DNA of 64,000 bases, taken from the NCBI RefSeq assembly GCF_026210795.1, contig NC_089430.1:1-64000 (forward strand). The letters are read 5' to 3'. The stretch comes from Rhizophagus irregularis (taxonomy: Eukaryota). Below the pieces are notes generated by a model. The model saw only the letters and a list, made by a program, of their open reading frames with translations. It had not been told where the DNA came from and ran no database searches. A program made the translations under genes and the position numbers. Shown in pieces: positions 14,400 through 25,713 of this stretch (position 1 is the first letter of the stretch; each line of letters opens with the position of its first letter).

Positions 14400-15060
14400 G
14401 TCTTTTTCTTCTATAAATTGGTTTTCCTATGCACTTATCTGTGGCTGCCTACCTAAACTTTTTATTGACTTATTTGTTAAATTATCCATTCCAAGAGCTT
14501 CTACGATGAAGGTTGTCACTGCTATTCATAACAATTTTGTTCATAAATTCAGAAAATGAATTTGAAATCTGCATTTTTATGAAAAAGGAAGATGGGAAGA
14601 CATAATGAACATTACTTACAAGTTGAAAACTACTTTTCAACTATCCAATTTGCTAAAGTTTATGTACTTGCCCTACTCATATTTACCACCTTTAACCCTA
14701 CACGATTTACATGACTTTAGAACCAATTGGTTGAAGAACTCAATGAAATATGGTTTGCCTTGGTTTAATCACTTTTCAGGTTTTATAAGTCATCTAACAG
14801 TGCTACTTAATAACAGCTTTTGCAGGATGGAGTATCAATTTTTATAGTGGACATGCTATTCGTTATTTTGTTAGCATAGTTGCTTCTACTTCGGTTGGAA
14901 TATATCAAGGGGAAAGATCTGGAAAAATTTAGTGTAATATTATTTTTCTTTTTAGATTAATTTTTTTACTTTATTTTTTCTTAGAAGACTATATAGCTTT
15001 GTTTTTAGTTAGTTTTATTTTATATTTTTCTTTTTATTGTTTGTAAATTGTAAAGTTCGA
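14400..15060 (+). mobile_element. Possible 3' remnant of a non-LTR retrotransposon
   Basis: Degenerate coding-like stretch (LICGCLPKLF...HKFRK*I*N...RWEDIMNI) followed by a T-rich UTR-like tail. Resemblance judged by eye only. Confidence 0.3.
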
Positions 15061-15585
15061 ATAAATTTAATAAAGATAAGGGCTACTATGCCATGTTTGC
15101 CTTAATTTTGACCAGTGATTGACTAACTAACAGTACACATATGAATTTCAATATGATGAGTGGTTTGTTAATTAATAATATTAAATTTATTTCTTTACTT
15201 ATAATTTTTACTATCTTATATAACTTTTGAATTTAATAAATTAGAGAATGCACTGCAATAATAAAAAAAAAAATTTCTTATATTTTTGACAATATTTATT
15301 GTAATTATAATTTACATTTTTTGAAAATTTGGGCAAAATTGAAAATTATATAATTATATAAAATTTACTAGTGGGTTAAATTATTCAGGCTGGATTAAAA
15401 TTAGTCTTATACTTGAATTTATTATTTTATAAAAAAATCCGATAAAAAAATAATAAAAATTCATGTAAATATGTTATATTTCACTGAAAATACATAAAAT
15501 AAACATTTTTGTTACCAACTTTTTGCAAAATATTTTTGATAAAATAAGGTATAAATTATTTGAAAAATTATATTTCTTATTGAAC

Positions 15586-16710
15586 ATGCCAAAACAAAAT
15601 AGCAAAGATTTTAAATGGAATGACAGTTATTCTTTGAAACAAATATCTAAATTGCTTTATATAAGCAGAAGAATGATATATAGAATTTTGAATTATTATA
15701 TATTGTGAAAAGATGTTAAGAATCCTATACAGTGACTGAAAGGACACAATAATTCGGATTTGAAAGTTTGTATTTAATTATTAAATATTTCTTATAATTT
15801 TAACACATTGTTAAAGTTTTCTTGTTTTTAAGATTTTGATAGGAATGGTTAAAGAACATCCTAATATGTATTTGGATGAAATGGTTGTTGAAATGGCAAG
15901 AAGAATTGGAAAAGATGTCTCAATTACTACAATATGGTGTTCATGGAATTACACGTAAAAAGGTATACTAATTTTGATTTAAAATCTAATATTAATTTAA
16001 TACTAATAATACTACTGAACTCATTATACAATGACTATTGGGTCACATTTTTGACCTGAACAACTTATCTTTTTGGATGAGAGTGCAAAGGATGAGCGTA
16101 CAACTTGTAGACAATATGGTTACCCTCCACGAAATAAAAGAGCAGTAAAAAAGGTTGTATATATTAGAGGAACACAGTACACTTTACTTTCAGCAATGTC
16201 ATTAGACAATATCATTACATTAGATATTATGCAAGGAAGTTGTAATAAGGAACGATTTTTTAAATTTATTTTGGCTAAAGTGGTAAGTTTAATAAGCTAA
16301 ATAGCTAAATTTTATATTTAAAAATTTGAATTATAAAAAGGAACTAACATACACGCGTTAAACATTTATGTTACGTATATACACATATATAATTCTTACA
16401 ATAGCTTCCAAATATGAATCTATTTCCTCGGATAAACATTGTGTTAGCGATGGATAACGCTCAAATCCATCATAGTGAATTGTTAGTCAATTTTACAGAA
16501 TCTGTTGGATATAAAATTTATTTCTTTCACCGTACTCACCCGATTTAAATCCTATAGAAACTGCATTTCCTTCAATCAAAAATTGGTTAAAAAAAATAAT
16601 AGGAATTATATAGAAAATTGTTTGATCCTTATTTTGCTTTAACAATAGCATGTGCACAAGTTACTCCCGCTAAATCTTATTCATTTTTCGAAAATCATTG
16701 TATCTTTGAT
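15586..16710 (+). pseudogene. Degenerate Tc1/IS630-type DDE transposase
   Basis: HPNMYLDEM helix-turn-helix segment, FLDESAKDERT, LAMDNAQIHH and SPYSPDLNPIETAF motifs, broken by stops, frameshifts and introns. Confidence 0.8.
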
Positions 16711-16849
16711 TTACTTTTTAAGAGATAATATATAGGCTATTATAAAATGAACTATATTTGCTTATTACTATTATGGACTATAATATTACAAAAAAAAAAG
16801 AAAAATTCGTATAACTATCTTCTATATTTTTCAGCTTCTCTAATAATTT

Positions 16850-18340
16850 TGGTTTTTAAACCAATCTTTATTCCTAAATCCTGCCAATCAGTTTCTTTGA
16901 GATCAAATTATCTAAAACATCAATTGTTTCCTGTATAAATTTATCCTTAACTCCCTCAAAAGTATCTTCACCAAATTCTTTTTCTAAATTGAAAAAATTC
17001 ATCAATTGATGGAACAGGAATTATGACAATTATTTTGAGGTGTTTGTGAAAAGTTATTTGACGCGTAAGTTGGTTGAGGTGGTTGTGAATTTTGTTGATT
17101 AAACATACCTGGATAATAAACTGGAAAGGCATAGCAATAAAAGATGATGACGTAGTAGTAGAAGGATAAAAGGAATTACATTTGAATTTTGTAAATTACT
17201 ACTTGTTCTTTTTACCGAATATGCAGCATCAAAATAATGGTAATGTTGGAAGCTCTTCTAAAGAAGCCAAATTTTGATTCTACAAAATAAATTAAAATAA
17301 AAATAAGTTATCTGTAAATAAAATTTTCAAAATATTGTGATCATGAACGTTAGATGATCGTTAATGGTATGTTATGCGTTAATAAATGTCATATTGACTT
17401 ACGATTGATTTAGCCCATGTAGATAAATGATCTGTTGTAAGAGTAATATGCCTTGTCAAACCAACATAGCGTGTTCAATACAATACCATCTAGAATGCAA
17501 CTCCATAACAATTTTTGCAATTTGAGCATCAGTTTCATTAATACTTTTTTCTTTTGGAATTTGATTTGAAGAAAATTTTTTCTTTTTATCGTCGCAGTTT
17601 GATTTTTTCTTTTTGTTTGTTTATTTCTTCGTCATCATCAATTTGATAGTTAATATTATTAATATGAATAAATTTTTAGTTGATTTTTTTTTCGGAAAAA
17701 AAAAAATAATAATTACCTGGATTGAGTTCTCTTGTTGGTCTTTTTTTTTCATTGTGATAATAATTACCATTATTTTTTATTATTATTATTATATTCCTTA
17801 AAAATTCTGCCCAATCTCTCGTACTTACTAATTGAGTTCCTAATCCCCCTTCTTTTTCATATTATATGATGTAATATAATATTCTTGAAAAATGACTTGA
17901 ACTTCAAGTTGTGATTGCACTAAAATTTCCAAATTATCTTTAAAACTATAAACATCTTCATCTTCTATAACAATACGTTCCCATTTAGCTGGATAAGATT
18001 TCCCATCTAATAATTAGTTTTAAATTTCAATTCAAGTATGGAAGATTCACTTGTTGATGAATCTAGCGATGATTCATCGGGAGGAACATGATTCTACAAT
18101 GTATTTGTATCTGCGGTTAATGTTGAGATGTGATACCGTATCAGCAGTTGGTGTTGCATTAGCATCAGCATCAGCAGCTGTGTCGCATCAACAATCGGTG
18201 CCGCATCAGCAGATGGCGTTGCAGTTGGTATATTAATAGACTGTGTTTTAGGCAAGGAAGTATGTTCTATGTCTCCAACTTCAATTGATTCCTCTTGAGT
18301 TTAAATTTTTTTCTACCTAGACGATTGAATTTGTTATGGC
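16850..18340 (-). pseudogene. Degenerate hypothetical gene convergent with the Tc1-like transposase
   Basis: Minus-strand fragments ELHSRWYCIEH / CYVGLTRHITLTTDHLSTWAKSI, then a gtaagt intron, then NLASLEELPTLPLFDAA. Frameshifted. Confidence 0.4.
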
Positions 18341-18867
18341 ATTTAGGGCACAAAGAAAAGTCAAACTCTTCAGAAAAGTTTATGTTATATCCATAATATT
18401 CACTTTACATTTAATTGCCAAGAGTTATATGGTTTTTTGTTAAGGTCACTTGAGTTAAAAGTGCGTGTATAATATTTCTTGAAACACCTTTTTCTAATTT
18501 CTGATGTTTTTATTTTCTTTTTGCATTTACGTACTGCAGTTTTTATTACAGTGTAAACACTCTAGCATAAACCTATAGTATATATTCTTGCCTTTATACT
18601 AGACATTGTTACTAAAGATATATTTTGTATTCGCGTCAAAATATGACATTTTATCAGTTTCGCGGTACTTTATAATATTATAATAAATTGTTGGTACAAC
18701 ATTTTCGTGTTCTACAGAATCATTAATATAGTTGTACAATATTGAAACCTGAAATTGGTATCTGCATTTTGCATTTACACAAATAGCTATATATACTCGA
18801 ACAAAGACGTTTAATTATATTTATCCTATTTTTTAGGAAGAATTCCAATAAAATTAATTATTCAGTA

Positions 18868-21800
18868 ATGGCTCAAAGTAACAATGAAGGTAAAAGCATA
18901 TAGCATCAAATACAAATTGAAATTATTCTAAAATTTTTCTAAACAAATTTGCAATATAATAAAACTAGTTTCAAGAATTGAGAAAGATAAAGGTAAAATT
19001 ATAAACATGTGATTTAAATTTTTAAACTAATCATTAAAAATTATTTTAATATGTTAGCTCGTAAGTAATAAGATATCTTGTTGGAATGATAATTAAATTA
19101 TATTTTATATAACCAAATAATTTATTTTATTATTAACGTTATTATAGTTAGTAAGTTAATAGTTATTTATTTTTTATTGTATTTTTTACATGACATTTCA
19201 AATAACTAAATTTTTCATTATTATAATTGTTTAATAATCACTTATATTATAGCAAGTAAGTATTTAATTTTATATTAATTTAAAAATATTTGTATAATTC
19301 AAACTAATAATATTATTTATTTAAATAATTAGATTGTAAGTTACTGTGTATATTTTAATTTTTATATATAATATATAATTGATTATAATTACTTTACTAC
19401 AAAATTATTATTAATTAATAATATTACAGGGTGTAAGTTATTTATTTAATTCTATTATATTTATATAATATTTATATGTATAATTTAAACTAACTAAATT
19501 ATTTAAAATTATTTATTTAATAATATAGGGAGTAAGTTATTTATTTAATTCTATTATATTTATATAATATTTACATATAATTTAAACTAACTAAATTCTT
19601 TATTAAAAAATTATTTATTTAATAATATAGTTCGTAAGTTATTTATATTTATATAATATTTACATATAATTTAAATTAACTAAATTCTTTATTTAAAAAA
19701 TTAATTTAATAATATAGGAAGTAAGTTATTTATTTAATTTTACCATATTTATATAATATTTATATATAATTTAAACTAACTAAATTCTTTATTTAAAAAA
19801 TTATTTATTTAATAATATAGTTTGTAAGTTTTTTATTTAATTCTATTATATTTAGTATATAATATTTACATATAATTTAAACTAACTAAATTCTTTATTT
19901 AAAAAATTATTCAAATATTTTAGATGGTAAATTTCTATTATTTATATATATAATATTTACATATAACTTAAACTAATTAATTCTTTATTTAAAAAATTAT
20001 TCAAATATTTTAGAAGGTAAATTTTTATTATATTTATATAATATTTACATATAATTTAACTAAATTTTTTATTTAAAAAATTATTCAAATATTTTAGAAG
20101 GTAAATTTCTATTATATTTATATAATAATATTTACATATAATTGAAATTAACTAAATTTTTTATTTTAAAAAATTATTTATTTAATAATATAGCTTGTAA
20201 GTTATTTATTTAATTTTACCATATTTATATAATATTTATATATAATTTAAACTAACTAAATTCTTTATTTAAAAATTATTTATTTAATAATATAGCTTGT
20301 AAGTTATTATTTAATTTTATTATATTTATAATATTTACATTATAATTTAAATTAATTAAATTCTTTATTTAAAAAATTATTTATTTAATAATATAGTTTG
20401 TAAGTTATTTATTTAATTTTATTATATTTATATAATATTTATATATAATTTAAACTAACTAAATTTTTTTATTTAAAAAATTATTTATTTAATAATATAG
20501 GGAGTATGTTATTTAATTTTATTATATTTATATAATATTTACATATAATTCAAACTAACTAAATTTTTTATTTAAAAAATTATTCAAATATTTTAGAAGG
20601 TAAATTTCTATTATATTTATATAATATTTACTATAATTACAATTAATTAAATTCTTTATTCAAAAAATTATTTAATAATATAGGAAGTAAGTTATTTATT
20701 TAATTTTATTATATTTATATAATATTTACATATAATTCAAACTAACTAAATTTTTTATTTAAAAAACTATTCAAATATTTTAGAAGGTAAATTTCTATTA
20801 TATTTATATAATATTTATATATAATTTAAATTAACTAAATTCTTTACTTAAAAAATTATTCAAATATTTTAGATGGTAAATTTCTATTATATTTATATAA
20901 TATTTATTATATATAATTTTTAAACTAATTAAATTCTTTATTTAAAAAATTATTTATTTAATAATATAGTTTGTAAGTTATTATTTAATTTTTTTTTATA
21001 TTTATATAATATTTATATATAATTTAACTAATAAAATTTTTTTATTTAAAAAATTATTTATTTAATAATATAGTTTGTAAGTTATTTATCTAATTTTTTA
21101 TTATATTTATATTATTTACATATAATTTAAACTAATTAAATTCCTTATTTAAAAAATTATTTATTTAATAATATAGTTTGTAAGTTATTATTTAATTTTA
21201 TTATATTTATATAATATTAATATATAATTCAAACTAACTAAATTTTTTATTTAAAAAATTATTTATTTAATAATATAGGGAGTAATAAATTATTTAATTT
21301 TATTATACTTATTATAATATTTATATATAATTTAAACTAACTAAATTCTTTATTTAAAAAATTATTAAATATTTTAGAAGGTAAATTTTTATTATATTTA
21401 AATAATATTTACATATAATTTAAACTAACTAAATTTTTTATTTTAAAAATTATTTATTTAATAATATAGGAAGTAAGTTATTTATATAATTCTATTATGT
21501 TTATATAATATTTACATATAATTTAAATTAATAATTTTTTATTTAAAAAATTATTTATTTAATAATATAGGAAGTAAGTTATTTATTTAATTTTATTATA
21601 TTTATATAGTAATATTTATATATAATTCAAACTAACTAAATTCTTTATTTAAAAAATTATTTATTTAATAATATAGTTTGTAAGTTATTTATCTAATTCT
21701 ATTATATTTATATAATATTTACATATAATTTAAACTAATTAAATTCTTTATTTAAAAAATTATTCAAATATTTTAGATGGTAAATTTTTATTATATTTAT

Positions 21801-24800
21801 ATAATATTTACATACAATTTAAACTAATTAAAATTCTTTTATTTAACAAATATTTTAGAAGGTAAATTTTTATTATATTTATATAATATTTATATATAAT
21901 TTAAACTAATTAAATTTTTTATTTAAAAAATTATTCAAATATTTTAGATGGTAAATTTATATTATATTTATTATAATATTTCCATATAATTTAAATTAAC
22001 TAAATTCTTTATTTAAAAAATTATTCAAATATTTTAGAAGGTAAATTTATATTATATTTATAATATTTTCATATAATTTAAACTAATTAAATTCTTTATT
22101 TAAAAAATTATTCAAATATTTCAGAAGGTAAATTTCTATTATATTTATATAATATTTATATATAATTTAAACTAATTAAATTTTTTATTTAAAAAATTAT
22201 TCAAATATTTTAGAAGGTAAATTTATATTATATTTATATAATAGTTATATATAATTTAAATTAATTAAATTCTTTATTTAAAAATTATTTATTTAATAAT
22301 ATAGGGAGTAAGTTATTTATTTAATTCTATTATATTTATATAATATTTATATATAATTTAAATTAACTAAATTTTTTATTTAAAAAAATTATTCAAATAT
22401 TTTAGAAGGTAAATTTATATTATATTTATATAATATTATATAATATTTAAATTAACTAAATTCTTTATTTAAAAAATTATTCAAATATTAGATGGTAAAT
22501 TTCTATTGTATTTATATAATATTTTCATATAATTTAAACTAACTAAATTCTTTATTTAAATAATTATTTATTTAATAATATAGCTCGTAAGTTTTTTATT
22601 TAATTCTATTATATTTATATAATATTTATATATAATTTAAACTAATTAAATTCTTTATTTAAAAAATTATTTATTTAATAATATAGAAAGTAAGTTTTAT
22701 TTAATTTTATTATATTTATATAATATTTATATATAATTAATTTAAACTAATTAAATTATTATTTAATAATATAGCTCGTAAGTTTTTTATTTAATTCTAT
22801 TATATTATATAATTTTATATATAATTTAAATTACTAAATTTTTTATTTAAAAAATTATTTATTTAATAATTATAGTTTGTAAGTTATTTATTTAAATTAT
22901 TATATTTATATATAATTTAAATTAACTAAATTTTTTATTTAAAAAATTATTTATTTGATAATATAGGGAGTAAGTTATTTATTTAATTCTATTATATTTA
23001 TATAATATTTTCATATAATTTAAACTAATTAAATTCTTTATTTAAAAAATTATTCAAATATTTTAGATGGTAAATTTCTATTATATTTATATAATATTTA
23101 TATACAGTATAATTTAAACTAATTAAATTCTTTATTAAAAAATTATTTATTTAATAATATAGGAAGTAAGTTATTTATTTAATTTTATAATATTTATATA
23201 TAATTTAAATTAACTAAATTTTTTATTTAAAAAATTATTTATTTAATAACATAGAAAGTAAGTTATTTATTTAATTTTATTATATTTATATAATGTTTAC
23301 ATATAATTTAAACTAATTAAATTCTTTATTAAAATATTTTAGCTTGTAAGTATATATTATATTTTTTTAATTTAATATAATTAATTTATTATAATTATAT
23401 TATACTTACTTATAATCTTTTTAAATTTTATTTTAGTTGGTAAGTTATAAATTATTATATATAATAAAATTTATATAAAAATTAAATATTATTGTATTAA
23501 AATTTTATAATTTTATTTAGAGTAAGTATAATTTATATTATTCAATATTAAATTTTTAATTGTAAATTATATTTTAAATTTAAATATAATTTTATTTTTT
23601 ATATTTAAAGATTTGGTAATAGTGGAAGTAAAATAATGGATCAATTTATTTTTAAAAATAAATTAAAATGGATTTCTTATGATAAATTTGAAAATATTAA
23701 TAAATATTCTGATAAAGAAGGATTTGGTACTATATATAAAGCTAAATATAAAAGGATTAAAGTAATTCTTAAAGATTTTAATCATCTTAATAATTCAGAT
23801 GAATGTTTAAATGAATTTTTAAATGAAGTATGATTAAGTATTTTTTTTTTTATGTTAATTATTATTTATTTATATTAATTTACTAAATATTATTTTTTTT
23901 ATAGTGGAAAATTATTGATTCAAATAAAATTATTAAGATATATGGATTTACAAAAAATCCAGATACTTTGAATTATATATTAATAATGGAATATATAGAT
24001 AAAGGTAATTTAAGAAAATGTTTGACAGAAATAACAAATACTTGGAAACAAAAATTATTTAATTTATATAAAATTATTGATGGTCTTAATGATATTCATA
24101 AAAAAAATCTTATTCATTATAACTTTCATGATGGCAATATTTTATGTAATGAATATAAAGAAAATATATATGGAATTTATATTAGTGATTATTTGGAATT
24201 ACACCAACTTACAAAATTTTTTTTTAAAAAAAATAATATTTATGGTGTTATACCATTTATGGCACCTGAAATTTTAAAAGGTCAACCTTATACTCAAGCT
24301 AGTAATATATATAGTTTTTCTATGATTATGTGGGAATTTACATCTGGAATTCCACCATTTAATGATAAAGCACATAATCTTCAACTTGCTTTAAATATTT
24401 GTAAAGGTGAACGTCCTGAAATTATTAAAAATACTCCACAATGTTATATAAATTTAATGGAAAAATGTTGGAATGAAGATCCATTAAAAAGACCATCTGC
24501 ATCAACAATTTTAAATATTATTAAAAATTGGATTTCTTTTCCTTTAGAAAAGAAAATTGAAGATATTAATGAAGAATTAAGAAGCAATATTATGGAATTT
24601 ATAAATGCATCTAATAATAATTACATTAATCATACTGTAAAATTTCATCCACAAGCATACTATACAAGTCGTTTACTTGATTTTACTAGTATAAATTTAA
24701 ATGAAATTTTATTTCTTAAATTAAAACAAGAGCTTTTTAAATTAGAAAAGATTATTGAAACTAATGATCAAAGTTCTTACCAAATGGAAAAAAATGATTT

Positions 24801-24882
24801 GCAAGCTCAATTAATTCAATTAAAAGCTAATATTCAAGAATCAAAATTTCAGCAAGATCAATTTAAAAATCTATTAATTTAA
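18868..24882 (+). CDS. Tyrosine-kinase-like (TKL) protein kinase or pseudokinase with microexon-encoded N-terminus; predicted 460 aa, 51 introns
   Basis: Exon model: 18868-18889, 18969-18992, 47 three-nt exons (19058-23439), a 1-nt exon at 23521, 23611-23827 and 23905-24882. All introns are GT-AG and the total of 1383 nt is open. Kinase motifs: KWISYDKF, EGFGTIYKA, VILK, IYGFTKNP, IHYNFHDGNIL, YGVIPFMAPE, NIYSFSMIMWE, CWNEDPLKRPS. The kinase domain is secure; the first two exons are less certain. Confidence 0.85.
18993..23610 (+). repeat. AT-rich tandem array of about 85-105-bp units; each unit is one intron plus one 3-nt microexon
   Basis: Each unit contains ...tag/cag NNN gtaagt/gtaaat... 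and most carry a CTAAC/CTAAT/TTAAC branch-point-like motif. The central units (19430-23345) are highly similar to each other, while the outer units are diverged. Confidence 0.92.
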
Positions 24883-25092
24883 TTTCTCAAATTTCTTAAA
24901 TTAATTATAAGTAAATAGAAGAAAAAAAATTTTAGGTTAGAAAGATTGCTAATATTATTTAAATTTTTAGAAAATTTTTATATAAAAAAGGTTCTAAAAA
25001 TACTTTTATTAATAGAGATTTTTGTTATGCATTAGTATTTATATTTAATTTCAAAATTAATATATAAAACAAATAGGCAATTTCTATTTGTA

Positions 25093-25713
25093 CACGGGGT
25101 ATTTGAACTCAGGTCATGTGATTATTGCCATTTTGACTAATAGTATAAACTTCAAAATTAGTAGATAAATGGATTTTTGCCTGCTCTACAAGTTTATCTA
25201 AGGAATCAAAGGTGCTTTTGAATGTCAGTTTTGACTTTACCTATGAATAATTGATTTTGCCGATCGCTCTTAAAAAAATTTAGGAAATGATCAGCAAAGA
25301 CAGTTTTTCATATATTAGTCAAAAACAGCATTCAAAACCCCCTTTAATGCCTTAAGTAAACTTGCAGAGTAGTCAAAAATATATATATTTAAGATTGCTT
25401 GTTTAAATCTCTTCAAAATCCTATGATTAGTTTCGTCAAAATTTTACTATAGATTTATTATAGTTTCGGCAGAGTTTCAGCAGTTTCGGCATTTATAATA
25501 AGTTTCAGCAGTTTTGCCTTTCTCCAAAGTTTTGCCAGTTTTTTAATATAACTTTAATGTAGTTTCAGCAGAATTTCACTTTTCGGCGAAATGCCATCTT
25601 GCCTAAACCCCTAGGTTTCGGCAAGCAACCTTACATATATTGCATAAAAAAAGTAAAATGGTGTGACATTGGTGTCATTATATTTCATATGATCCGTGTT
25701 CAAACACCCTGTG
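25093..25713. mobile_element. Non-autonomous TIR element with TA flanks (Tc1/mariner-like MITE)
   Basis: Left end CACGGGGTATTTGAACTCAGGTCATGTG; right end reverse complement CACAGGGTGTTTGAACACGGATCATATG; TA on both sides. Confidence 0.7.
25390..25633 (-). mobile_element. hAT-type MITE, copy 1, nested in the previous element
   Basis: TIR TAAG(A/G)TTGCTTG...CAAGCAACCTTA; 8-bp flanks TATATATT/CATATATT; inverted homologue of 42230-42473. Confidence 0.85.

Noticed and set aside
19430..23345. CRISPR-like or plain satellite interpretation of the AT-rich array
   Set aside because: The variable part is only 3 nt and always bounded by AG and GT, the context is eukaryotic with no cas genes, and the splicing model explains the frame.
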